Shown here in pieces: positions 36,437-49,885 of a DNA stretch of 64,000 bases (within the stretch, counting starts at the first letter, position 1; every line of letters starts with the position of its first letter). The notes below the pieces were generated by a model, which made no database searches, was not told the DNA's origin, and saw nothing but the letters and a program-made list of their open reading frames with translations. Made by a program: the position numbers and the translations under genes. Where the stretch lies: the NCBI RefSeq assembly GCF_000143415.4, contig NW_003314262.1, forward strand, positions 1,105,960-1,169,959, written 5' to 3'. The stretch comes from Selaginella moellendorffii. Its lineage: Eukaryota; Plantae; Lycopodiophyta.

Positions 36437-37189
36437 TTAGTAGCGCTTGAGCGACTCGTATCTGCAGCTGTTGAGCGCGGCAGTGACGTTGTCAAACTCG
36501 GAGAGGACGGAGAGGTAAGGTATGAGCTCAAGCAGCTCTCGGTCCCTGGGGTTGTCAATAAAGGAGGTGATGGGCACGGCATTCTGCGGCTGCAGTGCGT
36601 ACGAGTGGGGGCTGTTGTCCACGATGATCACCTTGTGCAGGTCCCGGCCCAAGATGGACAGGTCCTTGACGAGGCCCCCGCCGTAGAGCCTACACGACTC
36701 TCTGTAGAGGCGGTGGCGGATGGCCGAGTAGTAGTCGAGGCGGTCCACCAGCGGGTCTGCGTACTTTTGCAGGCTGGCGGTGAAGAGCACCACCTCGAAC
36801 TTGTCGGCCATGGCGCGCAGGAACTGCTCCACGCCCGGCCGCTTGACGACGTAGACGGTCTGGAGCTTGTTGTCGATGTCTACTCTAATGGTGAAGTCGT
36901 ACCTGGGGATGGGCACGAAGGACGAGTGCACCAGCGTCTCGTCCAGGTCGAGGACGAGCGTCACCTTGTCGCGCTCCTGAGGGGCCAAGGGAGGAATGCC
37001 ACACTCGCCGTGGATGGGCAACGAAACGGGGCTCGGGGGCACGTAGCACTCGCAGTCGTCCAGAGAGTCGTGCAGGCTGCTGCTTTCGGCCAGGCTCGAC
37101 GACAGCTCCAGCCTCGCCGCCGCCGCCTCCCTCGACGTGCGGACCAGCCGGTCCTGCATTGCTGCCCGCCATAGCCGCGCATTAGACAT
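36437..37189 (-). CDS. SCP1-like small CTD phosphatase (FCP1/NIF family)
   Basis: LVLDLDETLVHS, VVKRPGV, LFTASLQKYAD, VKDLSILGRDL, IIVDNSP. Single ORF. Confidence 0.92.
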   Translation of the reverse strand: MSNARLWRAAMQDRLVRTSREAAAARLELSSSLAESSSLHDSLDDCECYVPPSPVSLPIHGECGIPPLAPQERDKVTLVLDLDETLVHSSFVPIPRYDFTIRVDIDNKLQTVYVVKRPGVEQFLRAMADKFEVVLFTASLQKYADPLVDRLDYYSAIRHRLYRESCRLYGGGLVKDLSILGRDLHKVIIVDNSPHSYALQPQNAVPITSFIDNPRDRELLELIPYLSVLSEFDNVTAALNSCRYESLKRY

Positions 37190-37429
37190 CTATTTCAGCA
37201 GCAAGTTGGGCACTACTACAGCCTCTCCCCGCCCGCCATCTTTTCGCTCACCTCGCGCGCGCGCGAGATGATTTCATGCAACAAGAAAAATATTGGCCAC
37301 CTTTGCCCTAAAACAGATATCCACCGTCGGCAACGCTTGGGCCACGTAGGATGCCCGTTCTGTTTTTGTTTTCTACATTTTCTACAGTAAATACCAGTAC
37401 ACTGTAGCTATTCAGGCGGCGGAGGAGGA

Positions 37430-38123
37430 ATGCTGGCGCTGCCGCTGCCGCCGTTGTGTGCACCCTGGCCAAGCCAAACGAATGAGAGAAGGAGCAGGCA
37501 CAAGAAAGAAAGAAATCCAACCTCGTCTTGCACGTTGAGTTGCTTATTCAGCGAATTCCGAAGGTCCTGAAACTCCTGAACCACCACACAAGCTTTTTCG
37601 TAAAACGACAGAAATAAAAAGATGAAAATGCTATACTTACACTCCTCAGCTGCTCCACTTCCGAGTTCAATGTGCTGCGGAGCTCTCCAAGCTCCTGAGC
37701 ATTTCATTCGTGAGGTGATCGTCATGGATGAGAGAAACAATACCTCGCGGTAGTTCTTCACCTGAGAATCCAGCTTCCCCCGCCAGTCTTGCAAGTCCTG
37801 CCAGTGCCACCCCCCCACATAATGAGCCAAGCCCGCTGCAATCAATGTCTACCTTCTTGAGGTTCTGGACCCGAGCAAGCAGCTCGGCTCTCGACTTGTT
37901 GATCTCCTGCCCCGCCCCCCACACACAACACGGTCCATGAATACCAGCACAAGATCTAGCTAGGAGAGCACTCACAGAGACGGGATCACCATCGCGCTCA
38001 GCAGTCGTCGCCCCCTCCTCGCCATCGCCCTCTCCAAGAGCCTTCCAGTAAGGCACAAAGCATCGAGATCAAACACGCAGAGCACAGAGCAGCGCATACC
38101 TTGGGGAGATCGCTCCTGTCCAT
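37430..38123 (-). CDS. Small conserved plant coiled-coil protein, multi-exon
   Basis: Short GT-AG-bounded exons EINKSRAELLARVQNLKK / DLQDWRGKLDSQVKNYRE / ELGELRSTLNSEVEQLRS / EFQDLRNSLNKQL. Ends approximate. Confidence 0.65.
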
Positions 38124-38479
38124 GTCGTGCTGCTGTTGTTCGTTGTGAGTGTGTGTGTGCGAGAGAGAGAGAGAGAGAGAGAGAGAAGAAAGGGGGGCGG
38201 CAAACCTGTGCGAGAGCAATAGAGTCGTGGCGCTCCTCCTCCATGGCCCTAGGTAGCAGCTATAGCTGCTGTAGCTGTAGCTTCTTCCCTTGCTCGTCGT
38301 CCTGGATGGGTCTCGAACCCCAGACGAGAGCCCAGGAAATAACTCGGTTTTGTTTTGGATTTGTTAGCCATTTTAAAGGGGCGCCATCCGAGTGGAGCGC
38401 CGGGCGGTGTAGAATTACATGGTTGGGGAGGTGCTGCTGCCGCTCAAACACAGACAATCACTCGCGTCGAGTCGGTCAG

Positions 38480-41100
38480 TCAGTCGCTTGGCCGATCAGC
38501 AGCAGGCGCAGGAGCGCCATCTTTCTTGGCCAGATGAAACGCCCGACTCACCGTCGAGTGCAGCTGCTCCTTGGTCAGCGACACGTGTTCCCGCATCTGC
38601 ATCACCACGAAATATTGTGTAAGGCAAGCGCATGGAATGCGAGAGTGGGCGAGAGAGAGAGAGAGCTTGCTTGCTTTGGTACCTTGACAATGACGGTGTG
38701 GAGGAGGTGGTGGCGGTCGAGGCTGGAGATGCTGGCGTGCTCCACCTGGAGCTGGAGCTCGTCTTGCAGCGTGACGAGGAGGTTGGCGACGGGGTAGCTG
38801 TCCTTGGGGCACTTGACGCGCACCAGTGCCTCCGATCCCACAAGGTGCACGTAGACGTCCGGCTGCTGCTCCCGCTCCTTGTAGCGCGACCGCACCTCCG
38901 ACTGCGTGTCCAGCACATCGCCGCCGGCGCTGGCACTGGGAGAGGTGGCCAGGCTACTCTGCTTTCCCAGGAGCCTCGTCGCATCGTTGGTGTTGGTAGC
39001 AGCAGCAGCAGCAGCAGCAGTAGCAGCAGCGGCAGCATGAGTAGCATGACGAGACGACGCCGACGACGCGTGGAGCTGCATCTCCTTCATCTGTGTTTCC
39101 AAGTTTTGGACCTTGTCCCGCAGCTCCTTGATGTACTTGATGGCGTCTTCCAGCAGCGATGCTTTGTCCATCTAGAAAAGAAGCATTGTAGACTCAGCGC
39201 ATAAAGAACTGGCAGAGAATTGCCTACCTTGGAAACGTTTGGAACCACCGAGCGCAGCGCGTAGAAGCGCTGGTTGAGCTTCTCCCGCCGTTGCCGCTCC
39301 GCCTGGACGTGATTCAAGGGCTCCTCGCGGTCGTTTGCAGGCTTCCGGCCACGCTTCCTTGGAGGCTTTTGCACCACGTTGAGGCTGCAGTCTGCCGCTT
39401 CTCTAAACGACACCTCCGCTTCCGAGTCCAGCTCCTGCTCCGTCTCGATGCTGGAGCGCGGTGGATTCATCAGAGCTGCCACCGTCGCCTCCGATTGCTG
39501 CTGCTGCTGCTGCTGCTGCTTCATGCCTCCTGGCTTGGGACCCGAGCTCTTGCTGGCTGCCTCCCTCAAGTACGTCATGCTTGCCGCTTGCTTTTGCTGC
39601 TGCTGCTGCTGCTCGGCCACCCTGCGGCTCTTGGAGTCCATGGACGTGACAATCTCACTACTCTCCGCTACAAACGCCTGGAACTTGTTGCTGTGGCCGG
39701 GCCTGATGCTCCCACCACCTTTGTTGCTGGGTGGTGCCCCGAGCTGGAAAAAGTGCTTGTCGTCGTACGACTTGGATGAGTACGGGGGCAGGATGACGGG
39801 CACGCTCTCTTTGTCGCTGTCCAGGCTTGGCATGTCGTAAGGGTCGGACGAGTAGAAGTACTCCATCCCGGTGCTGCTGCCCAGGGCCGAGGAGCTAAGC
39901 TTGTCCGGATAGGACGCCTTGAGCGACGGGTTGAGGTGTGCGCCACGCTCCATGCCCGAGTTGACGGTGATGCTGCTGGAGCTGGACAAGGGGCCAGAGA
40001 GGAGAATGCTCTCGTATGCTGAAGCCTGGTGATGATGATGCTGTTGCTGCGGTTGCTGCTGCGGCTGCTGCTGCGGCTGCTGCTGCACATCCGCCACCTG
40101 GAATGTACCTGGCTGCTGCTCCTCCTCAAAGTATCTCCTTATGTCTTGGAGTGTCCGCGAGCACTCGTTAACCTGCGGCACCACATATATCATCTCCAAC
40201 AAAGAGAAGCGAAAAACACGAAAGCTTACGATTTCGGTGGATCCCAGCTCCACAACTCCGTTTCGGGTGGGAACACAGACGATTGTCTGCAGCGTGGAGT
40301 ACGTGAGAGATCTATACAACATGGCCAGTTCAACTTTTTGTTACCTGAATTCCTGCGCTCTGGGCACAAGCACAGAGGGGAGGAGTGAAGTCAGCACGCA
40401 ATCTTGGAGCACAAGAAAAAAGAATACGTTACCTTGGCAAGCTCCAGTCGCGCACACTGGAAGTTAATGGGCTTGACAGTGTCGCAAATCCATATGTGCT
40501 GCCCAAACTGGAACGCCCGCCCTGGAATGCTGCGAGTTCTCCTGGAGCTTATCAGCCTTGGAACAAGACAAGAAGCGTGTTTCTACGTACCCTTCACCGC
40601 AGGGGAAATTCCACGACATGGAGAGGAGATAGAACCACTCCTGGTCGGTGACATGGTCCACCTCTCGGAGGTCCTCCTCGGGATGGCACAGGTCGTGGAG
40701 CTCGCGGAGGACCCTGCGCCTGAGAATTTGGTCGGCATCGAACTTGGCCTCGTTCCGCTGGGTACTGTTCTCGTTGGTGGAGAAGTAGCCGTCGCCCCAG
40801 CCCAGAATCCTGGAGTGAAGTGAGCCCTTTTAGAACCATGGCAGATGATGCTAGGTGATGCTACGGGGGGGGGAGAGAGAGAGAGAGAGCTTACATCTGG
40901 CCGTCGGCGCTGGAGAGCTGCCAGAAGATTGCATACGTCCAGCAGCAGAGGGACGAGTTGTCGACGAGCAAGGTGAGCTTGTGCTGCAGCGCCGTGTCCG
41001 CAAACGTGCTCTGGATGCCCCCCCCTCCGCCCACCTCCTCCTGGAACGGATTGAAGTCGGGGCTAGAACCCCCTAGAAAGGACGAGAAATCGAAATCCAT
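38480..41100 (-). CDS. MYC-type bHLH transcription factor (subgroup IIId/e, MYC2-like), multi-exon
   Basis: bHLH-MYC_N motifs [20 protein letters not shown] and GVVELGS. b[55 protein letters not shown]-terminal ACT-like domain. Confidence 0.9.
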
Positions 41101-41538
41101 TCCCCCTCTCCCTCTCCCTCTCCCTCTTAGAGCTGCTACAGGAAGAACACACAAATCTCGCGCAGCATCCCCCAGATCTAGCAGCGGACAAGCTCCCAAT
41201 CAATCTTGCGCTGCCTGGAGCTCCTCTCTCCTGGGCACTGGGGGCACACAAAGAGGGAGCTCTTCTGACTTGGTTGCGATGAGAGAAGCAAAAAAACAAG
41301 CGCGTGCTGCGAAAGGAGTGGAGGTCGCGCGGCGCACGCCTTCCATATGTAAATAATGGCCCCCCTCTCTCTCTCGCTTAGGTAGGTTTAAAGGGCCACA
41401 TTTTCCATTTACCCAGCTGCCTCAAATTGGCGTGAAAACCACGTGCTCAAACACGTTGTCGCGGCCCCACCCCACCTTTTTTTTTTCCCTTTTATCCCTG
41501 GCCCTTGTTTCCTCCTTGCTCGCTCCACGCCTCCAAGC

Positions 41539-44170
41539 TTATCCCTTGGGCACCGTCACGTTGAGAATTTTCACGTCCTGGTATGGCTTGTCGCTCTTGT
41601 CCGTCTTCACCTTCTCGATCGCCTGTTTTTTACGTTCACAAAAACAAATCAATGCCAACACGAGGAGAGAGCGAGAGAGAGATGGGCTTCTCTCTACACA
41701 ACAACGCTGTTGTTGTTGTTGTTGTTGTTGTAGCAATTGCTTTTTACCTGCACGACATCCATGCCTTTGACGACGCGGCCAAACACGGTGTGCTTGTTGT
41801 CCAGCCACGGTGTCGCCACTGTCGTAATAAAAAACTGCGACCCGTTGGTGTTGAGCCCCGCATTCGCCATGGACACGGTAAACGGGCGATCATGTCGAAG
41901 GCTGGTGGACAAAAAAGGCAAAGCACGCCACAAACGTGGTGCTATTTGAGCACACAAGAAACACGACAATGATGCAAGCTCGCCTACCTCTTGTGGAACT
42001 CGTCTTCGAATTCACCCCCCCAAATTGACTGCCCGCCTGTGCCGTCTCCCAGCGGGTCGCCCGTCTGGATCATAAAGCCTCTGATCACCCGATGGAATAT
42101 CAGGTTGTCGTAATAACCATTCCGACAGTGCGTAGTAAAGTTCTCCACGGTTCTCGGGCATTCCTCGGGGTAGAGACGTATGTGAATGTCTCCCAAGGTC
42201 GTATGCATCATCTGGAGAAAACAATTCAGGCCTCGCCATCAATTCCGAACATAACATACATACCACGTTCAGGGGCAAGGAAGTAGTGGTAGCCTTGCCA
42301 ACGTCCGATATTGCCAGCAACTCCTCAGGCGGGGGTTTCTCGTTGAAGACATCCCGGCCCTTGGATGCATCCTCTGCTTCTTCAGGCTCCCTCCGGCTAC
42401 AGATCACAGAATGGCTTTAGCGTAAAGCGAGTGCACAGCATTGCCTACCTGAAAATATAGAAACGGTGCTTTTTAAATGCGCAGCAGATGAGGGTTGGAT
42501 CTGTCACGGACTCCTTCTGGTCCACAGCATTGGCACCAGCAGCGGGAATCTTCTTGACCTTTTTGACGCCGCTTCCCCCTTGGTACAGCGCAATTCTTAA
42601 AAACCTTTCCGTGTTTTCCACCTTACCAAGGATTCTCGCCACTTTGTTGGTGGACAGATTGACAACCTTGGATAAACTTCAACAAATAAGTAAAACGCGC
42701 ATCACATGGCGGAGTGAGAGTGACTTACCTTAACTCCCAAGAGTGTTGCATAAAGCAAAAAGTTGCCACTCTCGTCGAAGATTGCGTTGGCGGGTGGGAC
42801 GTTCTCCGCTTTCTCAATTTCCTTCTCAACGGCCATGCGGCGCCCGAAGTCAAAAGCATCTAGCCGGCACAGTGGCTGGTCACTTCTCTGCAAATCTTGT
42901 GCGACCTGGAAACATTTCCCACGTCAGTATGAAGCATCTAGAATTGGGAACCGATTCAATCATATATACCTCCAGTGATTCATCAAAGGTCCGCCTCAGT
43001 TTACCTGTTTTAAATCTAAACACGCGGATGCGCCTATCTGGTGACGACGTCACAAATTGTAGCCCGTCCTGACTAACCTGCAAAGGAGAAAAGGTCATCT
43101 TTACATCCGAGTGATGAACCACAAGATAAACTCACCTCCAAGGCAGACACTGTTGTTTTACATTTTGCTAGAGTGTACAGATCAGTTTCAGTTTTATACT
43201 TGAAATTCACACTGCAAGCAACAAACGAAACCAGTTAGCTTGCTCGAGCCTGTGTTTTCACTTTTTATGACACTTACACTTTGTAAGGGAACTCCATGGT
43301 TTTTGTCAACCAATACTCAATCATTCCTTTGTCGTCGATCGAGACGACGGTATCGAATGCCGGGATAAACTTCATCAGTTTGACAGGGGAGCCATGCACC
43401 TGCAAAGCCCCATAAGAGAATGAGAGCCCATACTTGACAACTGGTATGTACGTACCTCGTTGGAAATCAGAGGGTCGTTGCTCCCAGAACGAGCATCAAA
43501 AATGTGAACAGCAGGCGTCGCTCTGTCACTAATGGCAAGCTTTGAGTCGGTGCTTCCTTGCTTGACAACCCACTCAGCCGCCCCGGGAACAAAAGAGAGC
43601 CGCAGCATTGAAATCATGTCGTAATTGACAACATCGTAGATTTTCGCGGAGCGATCGTTCGATATAGTACAACAGAGAAGGCCGTCTGCGCTCACCTGGA
43701 GAACCCAAAGACAGAGTGAGAAAGAAGGGCAAGACAAGCAAGATACAGTGACACAAGTGCTTACTTACAGCCAGTCCTTCAATGGGGCCAACATGGGAGC
43801 GAAAGTGCTTCACAAACTCCACTCCAGTTCCTTTCTTCTTCCAAAACTTGAGATGCCCTGTGGCAGAGATCGGGATAAGTGTCGCTCATTCCCTTTCGTT
43901 GCTCACTTACCGTCACAGCTACCAGTGATGAAGAAATCGGCGACGGACACCGCGACGTGCGTGACGACGTCCCTGTGCATGAAGCTCTTCTCGTACCTGG
44001 ACGCAAAGCGGTGAGCCGCAAAGACGAAAGAAATCTGGTGCTTACATGGCGGCACAGGGCAACGCATCCAGGAATGCGTGCTCGAAGTCGAGCGGGCGCT
44101 TGGGCTTGCGCGTAGGCGCGGGGGCTGGGCCGGGCGCCGGCGCAGCATCGCCCTCCTCCTCCACATCCAT
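41539..44170 (-). CDS. CYP71: WD40-repeat cyclophilin (CYP71/PPWD1), multi-exon
   Basis: [43 protein letters not shown], cyclophilin [22 protein letters not shown] and [16 protein letters not shown]. Confidence 0.92.
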
Positions 44171-44369
44171 TCTTCCGCCCTAGAAAGAAAACTATATGTA
44201 TCAACCCTAAATATTTGTCGCGTGTTTAAATCACAAAAACGTGCTTCACATTTATTTCCCTTCGGTCTCCCCGGGAAAGCTCCACGCCGCGTGGTCGTCG
44301 CACAAGAACAAATACCTTTCCTGGTGGCGAATGGCGATGGATTAATCACAGGGAAAGAAAGAGCCTGAG

Positions 44370-45318
44370 GAGAGAGATTACCGTCTCCCATCGGCCTTTG
44401 GTTTGGGCTCGACGAGCGCAGCCATAGTGGAAGCTCTTGCGGCACTTGCTCAAGTAGCATCCCAGCGCGGCGCCTCTGGAGCCACAGGCATGGCACTTGA
44501 GCTTGCTGGCTCTCCCAATCTCCGACTTGACATTGCGTATTTGCTGATCACCGCCCTCCTCTCCCCCATCACCATCGCCTATGTAGTAAACGTTGGGAGC
44601 CCTGCGTGATCAAGAATGGATCATCATCCGTGCACGACAGATGCTGATACGTACCACTCGGCACAACGAAGGTGGACGTGCACGGCTGTCGGGCGATCAT
44701 GGCAAGCTTCTCCTTGATGGCAAGATGTGGCTGGGATCAAGCTCCGGTTCCGATATTCCATGAGCGGCCCTGCCTCCTAAAAGCACACCAAGTTTACCCG
44801 AAACTTCTGTGTCATGTATCAAAGAGAGAAAAAAAAAAAAGAATGCTACCTCTGAATCGCCACTGGCTTGGCAGAAGCGGCACGACCAGGAGAGATCATT
44901 CTCCTGCTGTGCTGTGACCGTCCTTGGATCTGGATCTGGCGCATCCGTTTCAAACACTTCCTCGCGCTTGTTGCTGTTGTTTTGCTCAACCTCTGGGACG
45001 GGCTTCATTGTGTTGTTCTTGGCGTCCGATTCGTCTTGGTGGAGCAAGAGAGATGTGAGGAGCTGCTCCTCCCCAAACTGGAAGGCTACCACGCGTTTCT
45101 TGGCAGGAAGCAATGGAATCCCGCAGAAGCGCTCCCTGACGGTGCCGGCGCTGCTGGCCGCTGGCCGGAATCTCTTCTTGGGCGGGCAGCAGCTCAAGTT
45201 GTAGAGCGGCGCCTCGGTGGAGCAAACCGTGGATTGCTGCTGCACTGGAAGAAGAAAATGTAATGCGCCATGAGATCTATGAGGAGGGAGGAGATTTACC
45301 TGGGCGAGCTTCCATGGC
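44370..45318 (-). CDS. Unknown protein or gene relic with Cys/His zinc-finger-like residues
   Basis: ORF 44697-45245 with PPKKR/PAKKR and WSCRFCQ, then a downstream HLRCAEW. Exon structure unresolved. Confidence 0.3.
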
Positions 45319-45478
45319 GAGCGAGAGAATGCTAGAGCGTGGACGACGATGCCCTAGGGTCGCGTTGAGAGCGCGCGCGCGGTTTCGATTTTTCTTCTTT
45401 CCCGCCTTATGCGACGCAATTCAAGCGAGGTCATATGAAATGAAAGAGCAGGCAAAAAGTTTAGGGTTTAAGGAGGAG

Positions 45479-46444
45479 ATGGTGGTGGTGGCGACGGGCG
45501 CCCTCCCTGCTCCCACGGGATTAGGGCTTGGGCGCAGCAGCAGCAGCAGGGAGAGGAGGAGGACGAGGAGGAGCAGCGGGCAGATCCGCGCGGTATTGCA
45601 GTGGAATCGGCGGCCGGAGCTGGCTGGGAGCCGACCCCGGGTTGTGGTGGTGACATCGGGCAAAGGCGGCGTGGGCAAGACGACGGTGACTGCGAATCTA
45701 GGTATGTGCTTGGCGCGGCTCGACTTCAGCGTGGTTGCCATCGACGCGGACGTGGGGCTGCGCAACTTGGATCTGCTGCTGGGCCTGGAGAATCGCGTCA
45801 ACTACACGGCAATGGAGGTGCTCAACGGCGAATGCCGGCTGGATCAAGCGCTGGTCCGCGACAAGCGATGGACAAACTTGGAGCTCCTGTGCATCAACAA
45901 GCCCCGCTACAAGATGCCCATGGGATTCGGCGGCAAGGCACTGACGTGGCTCGTGGACGCGCTCAAGCAGCGCCCCGACGGATGCCCCGACTTCATCCTC
46001 ATCGACTGCCCCGCGGGGATCGACGCCGGTTTCATCACCGCCATCACACCGGCTAACGAGGCCGTGCTCGTCACCACCCCGGACATCACCAGCCTGCGAG
46101 ACGCGGATCGCGTCACGGGTCTGTTGGAGTGCGACGATATCAAGGACATCAAGATGATTGTCAACCGGGTGAGGAGCGACATGATCAAGGGGGAGGACAT
46201 GATGTCGGTGCTGGATGTCCAGGAGATGCTGGGCTTGCCGCTGCTTGGTGTCGTTCCAGAGGACTCGGAGGTGATCAAGAGCACCAACCGGGGGTACCCG
46301 CTAGTGCTCAAGAAGCCTCCGACTCTGGCCGGACTGGCATTGGAACAGGCGGCTTGGAGACTGGTGGAGAAGGACAGCATGAAGGCGGTGCTCATCGAGG
46401 AGACTCGACCCAAGAGAGGATTCCTGCCTTTCATGGGAGGCTAG
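45479..46444 (+). CDS. MIND1: Plastid division ATPase MinD
   Basis: VVVTSGKGGVGKTT, DADVGLRNLDLLLGLENR, ILIDCPAGIDAGF, with a transit-peptide-like N-terminus. Probable start is ATG 45479. Confidence 0.95.
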   Translation: MVVVATGALPAPTGLGLGRSSSSRERRRTRRSSGQIRAVLQWNRRPELAGSRPRVVVVTSGKGGVGKTTVTANLGMCLARLDFSVVAIDADVGLRNLDLLLGLENRVNYTAMEVLNGECRLDQALVRDKRWTNLELLCINKPRYKMPMGFGGKALTWLVDALKQRPDGCPDFILIDCPAGIDAGFITAITPANEAVLVTTPDITSLRDADRVTGLLECDDIKDIKMIVNRVRSDMIKGEDMMSVLDVQEMLGLPLLGVVPEDSEVIKSTNRGYPLVLKKPPTLAGLALEQAAWRLVEKDSMKAVLIEETRPKRGFLPFMGG

Positions 46445-46741
46445 CTCAGATCTGGTTTGTGTTCTTCTTTCAAACTTCTCCACTGTTGTTCTCACTCCTT
46501 CCCTCGCTCCCTGTGCAGCAGGGGAACGTCTTCTTAAGGTTGCGATTAAGTACCGGTAAATACACTGCCCAGGATGATGAGGAAGGGATTTTAAAGCACA
46601 TTGGATTGGAGGCCAACAGATAATAAGTGGACGGTGGGCATGGCTTCGCGCGGCATGAATCGAGGTAAGCCTCCGGCGTCGCTGCAATGACAAGGCTGCC
46701 GACTATCCTCGGATGACTGCGTCTCGAATACAACTTCAAGG

Positions 46742-49700
46742 ATGACTGCCGCAACCACGGCTCTGCTGTGCCAACAATGTACCACCGGTACACTTCAATC
46801 CTTCCATCATGGACTGAGCTGGGAATGGAGGCCCAGAAAGCGCATGGCTTCCGGCTTATCTCCCTCGCCTTCACCCTCCTGGAGGACTTGGAGAGCTGAA
46901 CTTCCGCGGTCTCACAGGGGTCCTCTCTTCACTTCTAGCACCACCACCACCACCACGTCTACGCGTGCGTCCTCGGCTACGACAGGAACCACCGCCGAAG
47001 AGAAGGAAGAGCCAACCATCGACGAGCTCCTCACCAATCTTGAAAAGAGCGAAGCTGGGGCTTCTGATACTGCTGCTGGAACTCAGAGACGAAGACCACC
47101 GGCAGGTACGCCGTCAAGGATCACACGGACCTTCCCCGTGCAAGACGAGGACTTGGTTGCGGACAAGGTCCTGACTGGACGAATCAAGTCCATCATGACG
47201 TTTGGTGCCTTCGTGGATCTCGGTGCTAGAGTAGACGGCTTGCTCCACATTTCGAAGCTGGGTGAGGGGTTCGTCAAGGCTGTGGAGGACGTTGTACAGG
47301 TCGGGCAGGAGGTGCAAGTTCAGATACTCGAGGCGGACTTGCAGAATAGACGCGTGAAGCTCAAGCTGTACGATCCCACTCCCAAGCCAGAACCAACAAG
47401 AGCACCCTCTTCTGGTGCTCCGGCCACAGGCGGTCGAGAGGCCTTCCGTGGAAAGATTGCCGGAAGGGGTGCTCCAGGGGCAGCAGGCCAAAACCGACGA
47501 GCAGCGACTGACAAGCCGAAGACGTCAAACTACCAAAAGGGACAGGCTGCGACAGGTGTTGTCAAGAACTTGACAAGAAGAGGCTGTTTTGTGGAGCTCC
47601 CTGGAGGCGAAGAAGGCTTCATGCATGCGAATGAGATCAGCGTGGCCGGGGAGAATGTTCCCATTGAGACCCTCGTTAAAGTGGGACAGGAAGTGAAGGT
47701 GAAGGTGCTCCGCATCATCGAGGGAAGAATCAATCTGACCATGAAGGAAGAGCTGGACCTGAAGAAGGTGAATGAGGAGTTTAATGGAAGCATGACCGCC
47801 ACCAACGCATTTGAGCTTGCTTTCCGAAAAAATGCTGCCATCAGGAAGTATTTAGAGGAGTCAGGGAGGCTTCCAGTTGTGGAGGCAGCCGACAAGAAGA
47901 GCAAGAAAACGAAGGCGGAAGAGGCACATGTGAACGCTGAAGCACCAGAAGACCCGGCATCGACGGCTGACGAGGCCGAAATTGTGAAAGAGGAGGCCCC
48001 TGCCTCACAAGAAAAGGAACCTTCCGTGGAACAAGAGGCTACGGAAACAGTAAGTGCAGTCCGAGAGGAGTTGCCCAAGGAAGAGGAGGAGGAGCTATCG
48101 GAACCAAAGGATGTGGTTGCTGCTGATGCTGTACCAGACGTGGAAGATAAGCGTGTGGAAAAAGAGCCACAGGAAGCCGTCGAAAACGTGGAAAAGCCTG
48201 GGGACGAGGAGGTGCCGGTAGCAGAGGTTGAAAATGAACTTGTTGAGAACAAGGAAGAGCCAGCAGAGGTGACAAGTGCAGCTGTCCAAGACAAGGAACC
48301 TCAGCAGAAAGAGGACGTGAAAGAGGAAGAAGATGAAGTTTCGGAGACAAAGACGGAAAAAGCGCTGGAGGATGATAAATCTGCCGACGATGAAAAGGCA
48401 AAAGAGGCGATTGCCGAAGTGAAAGAGAATGTGGAGGAGACAAAGGAAGAAAGTACGACGAAGGAAGAGATGCTGGCCACGGAAGCAGAGTCTGTCGGCA
48501 CAGTGATTTCCGCGGCATTGGTGAAGTCTCTCAGGCAGCAGTCAGGAGCAGGCATGATGGACTGCAAAAAGGCTCTGGTGGAAACAAACGGAGATTTTGA
48601 GTTGGCCATCGAGTATCTGAGGAAAAAGGGGCTGGCTGGTGCGGATAAAAAGGCTAGCAGGATCGCCGCCGAGGGAGCAATCGGGAGCTACATTCATGAC
48701 GGTCGGATTGGTGTCCTGCTAGAAGTCAACTGCGAGACAGATTTTGTGTCTAGGGGCGAGCTCTTCACGCAGCTGGTGGAGGACTTGGGAATGCAGCTGG
48801 CTGCATCTCAACAGGTTGAATACGTGTCTGTGGACGATATTCCGGCCGAGGTGAAGAGCAAGGAGTTCGAGATTGAGATGCAAAGGGAAGACATACAGAG
48901 CAAGCCCGAGGCTGTACGTGCCAAGATTGTGGAGGGACGAGTTGCGAAGAGGCTCGCGGAGCTAGCGCTGCTTGAGAAAACGTTCATCAAGAATGACAGT
49001 CTTCTCGTCAAGGATCTGGTTAGGCAGACAATTGCAGCCGTGGGTGAAAACATCCAAGTGAGGCGGTTTGCAAGATACATTGTTGGAGAAGGCCTTGAGA
49101 AACGCAGCTACGATATTGCAGCTGAAGTCGCTGCTCAAGCCGAAGCACAGGCACAGAAGGTCGTCGAAGCACCGGCCACGGAAAGCACCAGCGATAGCAG
49201 CGGCAGCTCCGAGACGGACAAGGATGCTCAAACCATCGCCATCTCGGCTTCTTTGGTGAAGCAACTACGGGAAGAAACAGGAACTGGCATGATGGACTGC
49301 AAGAAAGCTCTGGTAGCATGCAAAGGCGACTTTGAACAGGCGAAGGACTACCTGAGAAAGAAGGGACTGGCAAGTGCGGAGAAGAAGGCTGGGAGAATAG
49401 CGGCAGAAGGGATGGTGGTGAGCTACATTCATGCGTCACGTATCGGCGTGCTGGTGGAGGTCAACAGTGAGACGGACTTTGTGGCGAGGAACACAGTGTT
49501 TAAGGAGCTGGCCGACGATCTGGCGATGCAACTGGTCGCTTGCCCGCAGGTGGAGTACGTGTCTGTGGACGACATATCAGCTGACATCAAGGACAAGGAA
49601 CGCGAGATTGAGATGCAAAGGGACGACTTGCAGAACAAGCCCGAGCAGATTCGTGCCAAGATTGTCGAGGGGCGCCTGAGCAAGCTGCTGGCGGAGAGAG

Positions 49701-49885
49701 CCCTGCTTGAGCAACCGTATCTCAAGGACGACACCAGGCTCGTCAAAGATGTGCTGCAAGCCAAGACGGTGAGCTTGGGCGAGAACATCCGCGTCCGGAG
49801 GTTTGAACGCTTTACGTTGGGAGAAGGCATCGAGAAGAAGGCTCACAATCTTGCCGAAGAAATCGCTGCGCTGAAGCCAGTGTGA
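46742..49885 (+). CDS. PETs: Plastid polyprotein of EF-Ts (two S1 domains, acidic linker, two EF-Ts domains; PETs/EMB2726-like)
   Basis: S1 motifs [16 protein letters not shown] and [15 protein letters not shown]. Two copies of LVKxLR..[11 protein letters not shown] and EVN[CS]ETDFV. Confidence 0.93.
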   Translation: MTAATTALLCQQCTTGTLQSFHHGLSWEWRPRKRMASGLSPSPSPSWRTWRAELPRSHRGPLFTSSTTTTTTSTRASSATTGTTAEEKEEPTIDELLTNLEKSEAGASDTAAGTQRRRPPAGTPSRITRTFPVQDEDLVADKVLTGRIKSIMTFGAFVDLGARVDGLLHISKLGEGFVKAVEDVVQVGQEVQVQILEADLQNRRVKLKLYDPTPKPEPTRAPSSGAPATGGREAFRGKIAGRGAPGAAGQNRRAATDKPKTSNYQKGQAATGVVKNLTRRGCFVELPGGEEGFMHANEISVAGENVPIETLVKVGQEVKVKVLRIIEGRINLTMKEELDLKKVNEEFNGSMTATNAFELAFRKNAAIRKYLEESGRLPVVEAADKKSKKTKAEEAHVNAEAPEDPASTADEAEIVKEEAPASQEKEPSVEQEATETVSAVREELPKEEEEELSEPKDVVAADAVPDVEDKRVEKEPQEAVENVEKPGDEEVPVAEVENELVENKEEPAEVTSAAVQDKEPQQKEDVKEEEDEVSETKTEKALEDDKSADDEKAKEAIAEVKENVEETKEESTTKEEMLATEAESVGTVISAALVKSLRQQSGAGMMDCKKALVETNGDFELAIEYLRKKGLAGADKKASRIAAEGAIGSYIHDGRIGVLLEVNCETDFVSRGELFTQLVEDLGMQLAASQQVEYVSVDDIPAEVKSKEFEIEMQREDIQSKPEAVRAKIVEGRVAKRLAELALLEKTFIKNDSLLVKDLVRQTIAAVGENIQVRRFARYIVGEGLEKRSYDIAAEVAAQAEAQAQKVVEAPATESTSDSSGSSETDKDAQTIAISASLVKQLREETGTGMMDCKKALVACKGDFEQAKDYLRKKGLASAEKKAGRIAAEGMVVSYIHASRIGVLVEVNSETDFVARNTVFKELADDLAMQLVACPQVEYVSVDDISADIKDKEREIEMQRDDLQNKPEQIRAKIVEGRLSKLLAERALLEQPYLKDDTRLVKDVLQAKTVSLGENIRVRRFERFTLGEGIEKKAHNLAEEIAALKPV

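Noticed and set aside
38150-41730. GA, CAG and GTT microsatellites
   Set aside because: Ordinary simple repeats in UTRs, introns and poly-Q tracts.
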